A stretch of 64,000 bases of DNA, taken from assembly GCA_958352145.1 (NCBI GenBank), contig CATWNM010000001.1, forward strand, positions 69,524-133,523, given 5' to 3'. Source of the stretch: an uncultured Eubacteriales bacterium (GTDB lineage Bacteria > Bacillota > Clostridia > Oscillospirales > CAG-272). Shown here piece after piece: positions 20,064-28,595 of this stretch. How positions within the stretch are numbered: position 1 is the stretch's first letter; each line of letters begins with the position of its first letter. The notes below the pieces were generated by a model. The model searched no databases. It was not told the DNA's origin and was given only the letters and a program-made list of their open reading frames with translations. The translations under genes were made by a program, and so were the position numbers.

Positions 20064-20320
20064 TTTTTGCAAAAGACGTCCGAAATTACATCGTATTGGC
20101 CGGGCAAGCAACGGCGGATTCAGATGAGCAGTTGAGATACAGCGGCGCGAATATTAATGCTGCATGCACAAATCAGTTCTTACAGCGAAGTTTGTGAATA
20201 GAGCATCTGCAGCTTTTTTGCTCCACAGTGCTAAACAAGCAGGCATACTCAATTCAAAGAGACGGCAATAAAAATGCACATAAAGAGCGGCGCAGATCCG
20301 CTCTTTATGCGCAAAAAGCC

Positions 20321-20395
20321 AACCAAACCTTTCCGTCGAAAAACCTCTAGGGTTTCGACGGAGTCAAAGCGGCAGATCGCCGCTTTTTATTTTAA
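20321..20395 (+). repeat. Two-hairpin intergenic module, copy 3
   Basis: CCAAACCTTT-CCGTCGAAA/TTTCGACGG-AGTCAAA-GCGGC/GCCGC-TTTTTATTTT. Confidence 0.55.
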
Positions 20396-20432
20396 TAGGA
20401 AAAATTATATTGCTTTTCAAGCCTTTTTGGTC

Positions 20433-21425
20433 TCACCGCTCTTCTCGGAAATAAGCGAGCCCGAGACTCTGCGGCGGCTGGCTCTCTCGTTTCTTGCGAA
20501 AACTGGTCACGATCAAAACAACGATTGTCACGATATACGGAACCATGCGAACAAGATCGGTCATATAATTGGTAATTTTAAAGCCTAAAATGTTCGGCAG
20601 ATATTGATACAGCCAATACAGTGTGCCAAACAGATATGCCCCCCAAATTGCATTGACTGGCCGCCAAACTGTAAAGATGACCAGAGCTACCGCAAGCCAG
20701 CCGAGCGCCTCGATCTCTCCGGAGGTCGCCCAAATTCCACTGTTGAAATCCAATACATAATACAGACCGCCAAGCCCCGAAATTCCCGCGCCAAGACAGG
20801 TCGCCAGATACTTGTATTTGATAACGCTAATTCCGGCCGCATCCGCCGTCGCCGGATTCTCGCCGACTGCGCGCAGATTCAGTCCCACCCGCGTCCGGTT
20901 CAAAACAAAGCGCAGAATCACTGCAAGCAAAATCGCCGCATAGACAAGAAAGCCATAGGAAAATACGGTTTGTCCCAGAATGCCGAGCGATGACAGATAT
21001 GGGATTTTCGCGGTAAATACCGTATTGGCAAAATCCGCCTTGACCGCCGTGCCGCCGTTCAGAATCATAACGCCAAAGAAATTGGCGACCCCCATGCCGA
21101 ACGTCGTCAGCGCAAGACCGGTCACATTTTGATTGGCTCGCAGTGTAATCGTCAAAAAGCTGAAAATGAGCCCGCCGAACGCGGCCGCCAAAAATCCGCA
21201 TGCGACTGCAATCAAAATGCAAAGCACCGCGTTGGGTTTTGCGGTCAATTCCTCATAATAATATGCGCCCGCAAACCCCGCAAAGCCACCGAGGTACATA
21301 ATACCGGGAACGCCCAAATTCAAATTCCCCGATTTTTCAGTAATCGTCTCGCCCATGCAACCATACATGATGATGGTTCCGAACGACACGGCGCGCAGGA
21401 TCCACGCTATCAGATTTTCAATCAT
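20433..21425 (-). CDS. ABC transporter permease (BMP/nucleoside-type system, second permease)
   Basis: 330 aa polytopic protein, 4-bp overlap with the upstream permease gene. Confidence 0.85.
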   Translation of the reverse strand: MIENLIAWILRAVSFGTIIMYGCMGETITEKSGNLNLGVPGIMYLGGFAGFAGAYYYEELTAKPNAVLCILIAVACGFLAAAFGGLIFSFLTITLRANQNVTGLALTTFGMGVANFFGVMILNGGTAVKADFANTVFTAKIPYLSSLGILGQTVFSYGFLVYAAILLAVILRFVLNRTRVGLNLRAVGENPATADAAGISVIKYKYLATCLGAGISGLGGLYYVLDFNSGIWATSGEIEALGWLAVALVIFTVWRPVNAIWGAYLFGTLYWLYQYLPNILGFKITNYMTDLVRMVPYIVTIVVLIVTSFRKKRESQPPQSLGLAYFREER

Positions 21426-22552
21426 GACCGCACCTCCCCCACTCCATGCTTTTTACCGCGGAAAATAATTTTATAATTGATAAAAAACTCGCTGCCGAGG
21501 ATAAAAAACAGAATGATCCCGGTCACAATATCCGATGCGTATTCATTCAGCTTGAAATCAGACGCGATTTGCTTTGCCCCGTTGCCGAGAAAGGTCAAAA
21601 TAAACGATATCAGCGCCATATAAAATGTGTTGAACTTCGCCAGCCAAGCTACGATAATCGCCGTGAAGCCGGAACCACCCGCCGTCGTGGTCGAGATCGC
21701 ATAATCGCGCCCCGCTACGATCAAAAAGCCGCACACGCCGCATATCGCACCTGAAATCAGCATTGTGCGGATCATAACCCGGCGCACGTTGATGCCCGCG
21801 TACCGCGCCGTATTCTCGCTTTCTCCGACAACGGCGATCTCATATCCCTGCTTACTGTACCGCAGATACAAAAACATAAGCAGCATCAGAACGGCAACCA
21901 CGATAATGTTGATCGTAAACGTATACCCGAAAACCTTGGGAAACCATCCTGCTTTCGTCGTCTGATTGATTTGTCCCATGGAAGAATTTTGTCCGCGCAT
22001 AATATTAGTAAAACAGGCGACAAGCTGAATCGCAACATAATTCATCATCAGTGTGAATAAGGTCTCGTTCGTATTCCATCTGGACTTGCAAAACGCCGGA
22101 AAAAACGCCCACAGCGCCCCCGCAAAAACGCTGAAAAGCGCCATAGCGGTATAAAGCTGCCACGCGGGAACCCGATTGCCAAGATAAATCATGCACATGG
22201 CCGCGGCAAGCGCGCCCATCAGTACCTGCCCCTCTCCGCCGATATTCCAAAAACGCATTTTAAACGCGGGCGCCAGCGCAATGCCTACGCACAGCAACGT
22301 GGACATATCGCGCAGCGTGATAAAAATCTTCCGCCTGGAACCAAACGAACCCTTGAACATCGTTTTATAGACTTCAATCGGATTCAGCCCGGTCACAAAA
22401 TACAGGAAAAGCGCCGCAACCACCAGCGCAAGCAGCACGGAGATTACGCGAACCGTCATTTTTTTCCAAAAAGGAACCGCATCCCGCCGCGCCAAGCGAA
22501 TCAGCGGTTCATGACGGGATGCCTTAGCGATCGATTTCGTCATGGTTCTCAT
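21422..22552 (-). CDS. ABC transporter permease (BMP/nucleoside-type system, first permease)
   Basis: 376 aa polytopic protein that overlaps the ATPase gene end. Confidence 0.85.
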   Translation of the reverse strand: MRTMTKSIAKASRHEPLIRLARRDAVPFWKKMTVRVISVLLALVVAALFLYFVTGLNPIEVYKTMFKGSFGSRRKIFITLRDMSTLLCVGIALAPAFKMRFWNIGGEGQVLMGALAAAMCMIYLGNRVPAWQLYTAMALFSVFAGALWAFFPAFCKSRWNTNETLFTLMMNYVAIQLVACFTNIMRGQNSSMGQINQTTKAGWFPKVFGYTFTINIIVVAVLMLLMFLYLRYSKQGYEIAVVGESENTARYAGINVRRVMIRTMLISGAICGVCGFLIVAGRDYAISTTTAGGSGFTAIIVAWLAKFNTFYMALISFILTFLGNGAKQIASDFKLNEYASDIVTGIILFFILGSEFFINYKIIFRGKKHGVGEVRS

Positions 22553-24080
22553 GCTCCTTTCCGCTCTTGGTTGCCATTAGAAGTCCAACCTTTTCTTTTG
22601 TAGTCTCCCGCGCATTCACAATCCCGCTAACACGGCCGCCGCAAAGCACAAGGATGCGGTCGCAGAGTTCGATCAGCACATCCAAATCCTCGCCGACATA
22701 AATCACAGCGACGCCCCGCTTTTTCTGTTCGTTCAGCAGACGATAGATCGTATATGAGGTGTTAATATCCAATCCTCGCACCGCATAAGCCGTCATCAGT
22801 ACCGTCGGCGCGCATGCAATCTCACGGCCAACCAGCACCTTCTGCACATTGCCGCCCGAAAGACGGCGCACCGGCGTATTAACGCCGGGCGTAACGACTT
22901 CCAGTTCGTCTTTGATCGTTTCGGCCAGCTTTTTCGGCGCGCGGCGATGCGTAAAAAACGAATGCCCCGCCTCATAGCTTTTGAGCATCATATTGTCGGT
23001 CATTCCCATGGAACCGACCAGTCCCATGCCGAGCCGATCCTCCGGAACAAACGAAAGCGAGATTCCGAATTCCTTGATTTTCTTCGGCGTAAGCCCCACA
23101 AGCTGATGCATTTTCGATTCCTGCCCCGGCGCATAAAAAGCGATGCTTCCGCCCTCTTCCGTTTCCTGCAGACCGGCTATGGATTCAAGCAGTTCTTTTT
23201 GTCCGCTGCCGGACACGCCGGCGATTCCCAAAATTTCTCCACCATAAACATCCAGCGACACGCTGTCCAGCGTTTTGATCCCCTCCACATTATGGCAGGA
23301 AAGATTGCGGATCTCCAGGCGCTTGACCGGATTCTGCGGCACGGGACGCTCGATATTCAGCGTCACCTTTTTGCCGACCATCATTTCTGTCAGAGAAAGC
23401 TCGTCCGCGCCAGCGGTATCGACCGTTCCGACATACTCGCCCCGGCGCAGGATAGAAACGCGGTCCGAAACTTCAAGCACCTCATGAAGCTTGTGCGTAA
23501 TAATCACAATGGCTTTTCCGTCTTTTTTCATGTTGCGCATAATGCGAAACAATTTTTCAGTTTCCTGCGGCGTCAGCACGGCGGTAGGCTCGTCCAAGAT
23601 TAAAATATCCGCGCCGCGGTAGAGCACTTTGACGATCTCCAGCGTTTGTTTCTGAGAAACCGACATGTCATACACTTTCTGCTCCGGATCGATATCAAAT
23701 CCGTAGCGGTCGCAGATATCGCGAATCCTCCGGCCCGCGCCAGCAAGATCAAGTCCGCCTTTTTCATTCAGCCCAAGAACAATGTTCTCTGCCGCGGTGA
23801 ACACGTCCACCAGCTTAAAATGTTGGTGGATCATGCCGATCCCCAGCGTCAGCGCGTCTTTTGGCGACCGGATATCGACCGGTTTTCCGGCTATGTAAAT
23901 TTCTCCCGCGTCGGGATAATAAATGCCCGACAGCATATTCATAAGCGTAGTTTTGCCGCTCCCGTTTTCACCGAGCAGAGAGAGTATTTCTCCGCGGCGC
24001 ACATCCAGCGAAATATTTTTGTTTGCAACGACGTCGCCGAAAGTCTTGGTGAGGTTTTGGAGCCGAATGGCGTATTCCAT
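22524..24080 (-). CDS. ABC transporter ATP-binding protein with two ATP-binding cassettes
   Basis: 518 aa. Walker A GENGSGKTT and a second GVSGSGQKE, signature-like VSQKQTLEI and LSGGNVQKVLV. Confidence 0.9.
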   Translation of the reverse strand: MEYAIRLQNLTKTFGDVVANKNISLDVRRGEILSLLGENGSGKTTLMNMLSGIYYPDAGEIYIAGKPVDIRSPKDALTLGIGMIHQHFKLVDVFTAAENIVLGLNEKGGLDLAGAGRRIRDICDRYGFDIDPEQKVYDMSVSQKQTLEIVKVLYRGADILILDEPTAVLTPQETEKLFRIMRNMKKDGKAIVIITHKLHEVLEVSDRVSILRRGEYVGTVDTAGADELSLTEMMVGKKVTLNIERPVPQNPVKRLEIRNLSCHNVEGIKTLDSVSLDVYGGEILGIAGVSGSGQKELLESIAGLQETEEGGSIAFYAPGQESKMHQLVGLTPKKIKEFGISLSFVPEDRLGMGLVGSMGMTDNMMLKSYEAGHSFFTHRRAPKKLAETIKDELEVVTPGVNTPVRRLSGGNVQKVLVGREIACAPTVLMTAYAVRGLDINTSYTIYRLLNEQKKRGVAVIYVGEDLDVLIELCDRILVLCGGRVSGIVNARETTKEKVGLLMATKSGKEHENHDEIDR

Positions 24081-24142
24081 ACCGGCAGACTGCCCCTTTC
24101 ATCATCAATGCCTGATTTTACCAGGAAAATACTGAAAACTCA

Positions 24143-24173
24143 CAAAGGGAAGCCGTAAATAAGCTTCCCTTTG
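24143..24173 (-). terminator. Intercistronic hairpin after the binding-protein gene (partial terminator/processing stem)
   Basis: CAAAGGGAAGC-9 nt-GCTTCCCTTTG between the SBP stop (24192) and the ATPase start (24080). Confidence 0.4.
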
Positions 24174-24191
24174 CGTATGAAAACTAAAAAA

Positions 24192-25478
24192 TTACTTTTC
24201 AACAATGCCGTCTATACGAAGCGCAAAATAAGGCGCACTTCTGAACGTAGACTCTACAAATGCACCGTCTACGATCGTCTCGACCTTTTCGCCGACATAA
24301 ATCGGCGTCATCGTAGAATAATCCATATAGGAAAGATCAACGATGTTGGTCGTCACTTTTTCGCCGCCGACCGTAAAGGTATCGGTATCAAACACCTTCA
24401 GTTCGCCGCTCTTCAGCTTTGCAATGACACCTTCAACATATTCAGCCGTACCAGGTGCGCAGGAATTGCCGAGCGCCGTGATGTTGACCGCTCCCTGATC
24501 GTACCCGTGCGCCCAGTCAACGACAACTTCTTCGCCGCGCATCGCAGCGCCGATCGCATACGTATAATATACGGACCAGTCGTTGGAAGCCGACGTCAGA
24601 GCGGCAGTCGGCGCAGTAGGAAGCATGTCGATGTTATAGCCGACAGAATAAGCGGTCGTGCCGTTCTTGAGCGCTTTCTCCACTGCCGCAGGCGCGCCGG
24701 TAGAGTCGGCATGCTGGCCGATAATCACGCAGCCATTTGCCATCAAAGCCTCCGCAGCCGCACCTTCTTTTGCGATATCAAACCAGGAGTTCGTATAGTT
24801 GACTTCCATCACAACATTCGGCACAACCGACTGGATGCCAAGGAAGAAAGCCGTATAACCCGAAACGACCTCCGCGTAGTTGTAAGCGCCGACATAGCCG
24901 ATCTTGACATTGCCGTCTCCATCAAAATTATTCGGCGTGGTTTCGGGCGTCAGAACCTTGCTGTCCAGCAGTTCTTTCACTTTCAGTCCGGCGACGACGC
25001 CCGATACATAGCGGGATTCGTAAACACTGGTGAATGCGTTTTTCAAATTGTCCAAACCGCAGATCGCAGCAAAATCACCCGTCATAGAAACGAACGTAAC
25101 GTCTTCAAATTCCTCGGCGGCCTGCACCATATACGTCTGATGACCGTAGCTGTTGGAGAAGATAATTTTGCAGCCGTCGTCGGCCAATTCCTCGGCCGCG
25201 TCCTTACAGGCCGCATTCTCTTCCACTTTATACTTCCAGATAATCTGATCCTCAGCCAACCCAAGCGCCTGGGCTGCGGCCTTAATGCCGTTCATATGCG
25301 CCAGCGTATAGCCCTCAGTCTCGTCGCCGATCAGAATAACGCCGACTTTGAAGTCTTGCGGCACGTTGGTTACGTCCCCGCCACTTATGTCCGACGTGCC
25401 GGTGGGCTCTTTTTCACCGCAGGCGGCAAACGCAAGCAGCATAACGGCTGTCAGAACGAATGCAAGTAACTTTTTCAT
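24192..25478 (-). CDS. BMP-family (PnrA/Med-like) ABC substrate-binding lipoprotein
   Basis: The ORF is open to 25526, but GGAGGAAAACA-ATG at 25476-25478 gives MKKLLAFVLTAVMLLAFAACG (lipobox). Confidence 0.88.
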   Translation of the reverse strand: MKKLLAFVLTAVMLLAFAACGEKEPTGTSDISGGDVTNVPQDFKVGVILIGDETEGYTLAHMNGIKAAAQALGLAEDQIIWKYKVEENAACKDAAEELADDGCKIIFSNSYGHQTYMVQAAEEFEDVTFVSMTGDFAAICGLDNLKNAFTSVYESRYVSGVVAGLKVKELLDSKVLTPETTPNNFDGDGNVKIGYVGAYNYAEVVSGYTAFFLGIQSVVPNVVMEVNYTNSWFDIAKEGAAAEALMANGCVIIGQHADSTGAPAAVEKALKNGTTAYSVGYNIDMLPTAPTAALTSASNDWSVYYTYAIGAAMRGEEVVVDWAHGYDQGAVNITALGNSCAPGTAEYVEGVIAKLKSGELKVFDTDTFTVGGEKVTTNIVDLSYMDYSTMTPIYVGEKVETIVDGAFVESTFRSAPYFALRIDGIVEK

Positions 25479-25542
25479 TGTTTTCCTCCGATTGATCCAT
25501 TTTTGATTTCTTGGGAAAACTCCCAAAAATGGTTTACAACTT

Positions 25543-25571
25543 ATTTTACCAATTCAAGAAAGGTTTCGCAA
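25543..25571 (-). promoter_or_regulatory. Promoter of the BMP ABC operon
   Basis: Minus strand TTGCGA-17-TAAAAT with TGg extended -10. The short leader contains TTGGGA/TCCCAA and CCATTTTTG/CAAAAATGG alternative stems. Confidence 0.45.
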
Positions 25572-25697
25572 TGAACAAATTCAACGAAAATCCCAATAGC
25601 TTTATGTCGTTTTTTCACAATTGCCACAACTTTCTGTCACGCATTCGTCTCGGGATCTACACAAGGCAAATATTCCAAGAATTTTTGTCGGATTTTA

Positions 25698-25727
25698 TTG
25701 TCAACTGCCTGCAAAAAATGCTATAAT
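25698..25727 (+). promoter_or_regulatory. Promoter of the phosphodiester glycosidase operon
   Basis: TTGTCA-18-TATAAT with TGc extended -10. Confidence 0.5.
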
Positions 25728-25847
25728 AAAATCAAATCTTGAAGTTTGTCCCCGCAAAGCTGCGCGCACGTATTTTTTTGTTTTTTTGAACCAGTGATTC
25801 CAATCCGCGTGCAAACGGCGGCAAGTCAGCGTATACCGGAGTCCAAA

Positions 25848-26858
25848 ATGAAACAACGCCTTTTAAAAATCACAGCGATCGCGCTATGCACACTCTTTTT
25901 TCTGTTTCTGCTGCTCTACAGCGTCATCGGCGTCATGATCTATGGTCCTTCATCCTATGCAGGCAAACTGCTTGTGACCTCTCTGATGGAAACGAGCGCC
26001 GCAAAATTTGTCCCCCGGCTGTATATGAGCCAGGCAAAGATCGAGGATATCATTTCGCGCACCGAGGAAGCGACCGACGTAGAAATTGAAGCCTCGCTGA
26101 TCCAACTTCCGTCAAGGGAGGACTACACAGACGATCTTCCGGCCGGCAGCAATACCGGCGATATGCAAAGCGGAATCGAAATTCACGACGTGCGCGGCGG
26201 CACCTATTACGGAAAAATGATGGTGGTCGAAGACCCAACCCGCGTTTTTGTAGGCATCCCGTCGGAGGGCTTCGGCGAGGGGAAACGCGGGCTTACCGTA
26301 CATAAGATGATCGAGCAGTACGGCGCTGTGGCCGGAACCAATGCAGGCGGATTTTACGATCCCAACGGATCGGGCACCGGCGGTATTCCCGACGGCATCG
26401 TAATTTATGAAGGGAAACTGCTCTGGGGTAGTCCGGGTTCGTACTACTCTTTAGCCGGCATCGATGCGGACGGACTTCTGCACGTCGGACGCATGACCGC
26501 GCAAACCGCGCTGGATCGAAACATACAATACGCCGCCTCCTATGGTCCTGCGCTGATCATCAACGGCGAGCCGCAGAACGAACGCGCTTCCCTTGGCGGC
26601 GGACTGAATCCCCGGACGGCGATCGGCCAGCGGGAAGACGGCGCGATCCTTCTTCTCGTGATTAACGGGCGCAGCGTCGATTCGCTGGGCGCAACACTGG
26701 ACGATCTGGTGGAAATTTTTCTGGAATTCGGCGCAGTCAACGCCACCAATCTTGACGGCGGCTCCTCCTCACTGATGATCTACGAGGGAGAAAATATTAC
26801 CAACAGCGCATACGTTTACGGCGAGCGCGTCGTCGCCACCGCAATTCTTGTAAAGTGA
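25848..26858 (+). CDS. Phosphodiester glycosidase family protein (DUF2233/NAGPA-like), membrane-anchored
   Basis: Likely start MKQRLLKITAIALCTLFFLFLLL at 25848. Motifs GTNAGGFYDPNG, PRTAIGQREDGAILLLVINGRS and NLDGGSSS. Confidence 0.8.
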   Translation: MKQRLLKITAIALCTLFFLFLLLYSVIGVMIYGPSSYAGKLLVTSLMETSAAKFVPRLYMSQAKIEDIISRTEEATDVEIEASLIQLPSREDYTDDLPAGSNTGDMQSGIEIHDVRGGTYYGKMMVVEDPTRVFVGIPSEGFGEGKRGLTVHKMIEQYGAVAGTNAGGFYDPNGSGTGGIPDGIVIYEGKLLWGSPGSYYSLAGIDADGLLHVGRMTAQTALDRNIQYAASYGPALIINGEPQNERASLGGGLNPRTAIGQREDGAILLLVINGRSVDSLGATLDDLVEIFLEFGAVNATNLDGGSSSLMIYEGENITNSAYVYGERVVATAILVK

Positions 26859-28453
26859 GAATACCGATGTCCGAACCATCTACAAAACAAACAAAGCGGC
26901 GTTTGCCGTTCGCACGAAAGCTCTGCATTTATGCGCTGATCTGGCTTGGTTTGATTCTGATCTGCTGCGCCGTTATGTGGAGCGCTATGGCGCAGTTTCA
27001 AAGCGCGCAGCCGTTCTATGCCGTCGAACGCTATATCGACGCACTCGATCCTGCCGAATTTTACAATCTCCTGCTTAAAGCGCATCCAGATATGCAAAAT
27101 CCCTTCGAACCGGCGCAGGAAACGGCAGAACGGCTGGCAGCGGAATTTGCGCCCTCCTCGCTGGCCTATTCCAAATTGATTCGGGAATACACCTATGAAA
27201 ATCCGGTGTATCTCATCAGCGCCGGCGATACAAAGCTTCTGCGGGTCACACTGGAGATCGGCGAGAAATCCGGTCTTTTTGGCTTTCGGCCCTACCGTGT
27301 GCAGAAAGCGGAACTCATTTCGCAGGAACTTTTGACAAAACACACGTTATGCCTGATCGTCCCGGCCGACGCGGAGATCCGCATCGGCGGGAGAATTGCC
27401 GGAGAAACTTGCCTGGAAGCGCACAGCGCATTTACCGTATTTGGCGGCGGCACGCTGTTTGACACTTACAGGATAGAAAACTTTATTTTAGAGCCTGACA
27501 TAGAAGTCCGGCTGAACGGAACTTTGCTGACGGGCAGCGGCAGATGGGACCGCCTGTACGATTACCCAGAGCCGAAGCTGCATACGGTCACAATTACCGC
27601 GCCGAGCGAAGCGGTTATCCGCATAGGCGGCTTGCGGGTCACCGACGTTTTCCTGAAAGAGACCGGTTCCACCCTGCCAGATCTGCTGGGAAATACTATT
27701 TCGCTGTGCACCTACGCGGTCAATACTGTGTACGGAGAAGCCGAAGTCACTGCGCATTTGGATGAAACGCCACTTCTCGCCCGGCAGGAAGCGGACGATT
27801 ACCGCTTTGACGCACCCGCCGCAAGCTATACGCTGCTCGCCCCGGCAAACGCCAAAGTCTTCGCCAACGGAAAAGCGCTGTCCGACGATCAAATTACTGC
27901 GGTCGACGCTCTGTGGAAATCGGAATTTTCCGGACTGTCTGCTGCGCCGTCCGCCACCGAATATACTCTGAGCAATCTGTACGCGCCCCCCGTATTTACG
28001 GCGGCCGCCGATGATATTTCACTTGACGTTATCCCGGACGGCGCCGGACGCTACACCTGCATTTTTCCGGCGGACGAAGCCCTGCAAGCCGCCTACGCTA
28101 CGCAGGCTGTTGACTTTGTAAAAGCGTATCTGCACTACACTACGCAGGGCTACCGCAACACGCAGGCCAATCTGGACGCCGTGTTAGCGCTGACCCGGTA
28201 CCCCAGCCCGCTCTACAAAAATTTAAAAAACTCCTATATCGGCTACATGTACATCGCTCCGCAAGCCATGACGCTTGAAGCAATTGAAGCAAAAAATTTT
28301 GTCCCCTACGGAGACAGTACGTTTACCTGTGAGATTTCCTACGCCGCAACGCTGAAAAATTTTGTAGGCGTCGTCGAGCAGGAAAACACTATTTTGCTTG
28401 TTTTCACAAAAAAAGGCAAAACGTTTCTCCCCTCCGCAATGGGACTGTATTAA
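26855..28453 (+). CDS. Membrane-anchored extracytoplasmic protein of unknown function
   Basis: 532 aa. The GTG at 26855 overlaps the upstream TGA (GTGA); the alternative ATG is at 26867. One N-terminal TM, no recognised catalytic motif. Confidence 0.65.
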   Translation: MRIPMSEPSTKQTKRRLPFARKLCIYALIWLGLILICCAVMWSAMAQFQSAQPFYAVERYIDALDPAEFYNLLLKAHPDMQNPFEPAQETAERLAAEFAPSSLAYSKLIREYTYENPVYLISAGDTKLLRVTLEIGEKSGLFGFRPYRVQKAELISQELLTKHTLCLIVPADAEIRIGGRIAGETCLEAHSAFTVFGGGTLFDTYRIENFILEPDIEVRLNGTLLTGSGRWDRLYDYPEPKLHTVTITAPSEAVIRIGGLRVTDVFLKETGSTLPDLLGNTISLCTYAVNTVYGEAEVTAHLDETPLLARQEADDYRFDAPAASYTLLAPANAKVFANGKALSDDQITAVDALWKSEFSGLSAAPSATEYTLSNLYAPPVFTAAADDISLDVIPDGAGRYTCIFPADEALQAAYATQAVDFVKAYLHYTTQGYRNTQANLDAVLALTRYPSPLYKNLKNSYIGYMYIAPQAMTLEAIEAKNFVPYGDSTFTCEISYAATLKNFVGVVEQENTILLVFTKKGKTFLPSAMGLY

Positions 28454-28485
28454 GACACCGTTTTACCGGCCGAAAGCGCCGCAAA

Positions 28486-28532
28486 GCAATAAGACGCCCT
28501 CCGTCTTATAAAAATGGAGGGCGTCTTATTGC
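28486..28532. terminator. Bidirectional terminator between convergent genes
   Basis: GCAATAAGACGCCCTCC-13 nt-GGAGGGCGTCTTATTGC (17-bp perfect stem). Confidence 0.7.
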
Positions 28533-28595
28533 TTTATAAGATTTTTAGGAGCTTACGGCAGCGCGGGAATTTTTTACGGCTGATCCGACTTGCTT

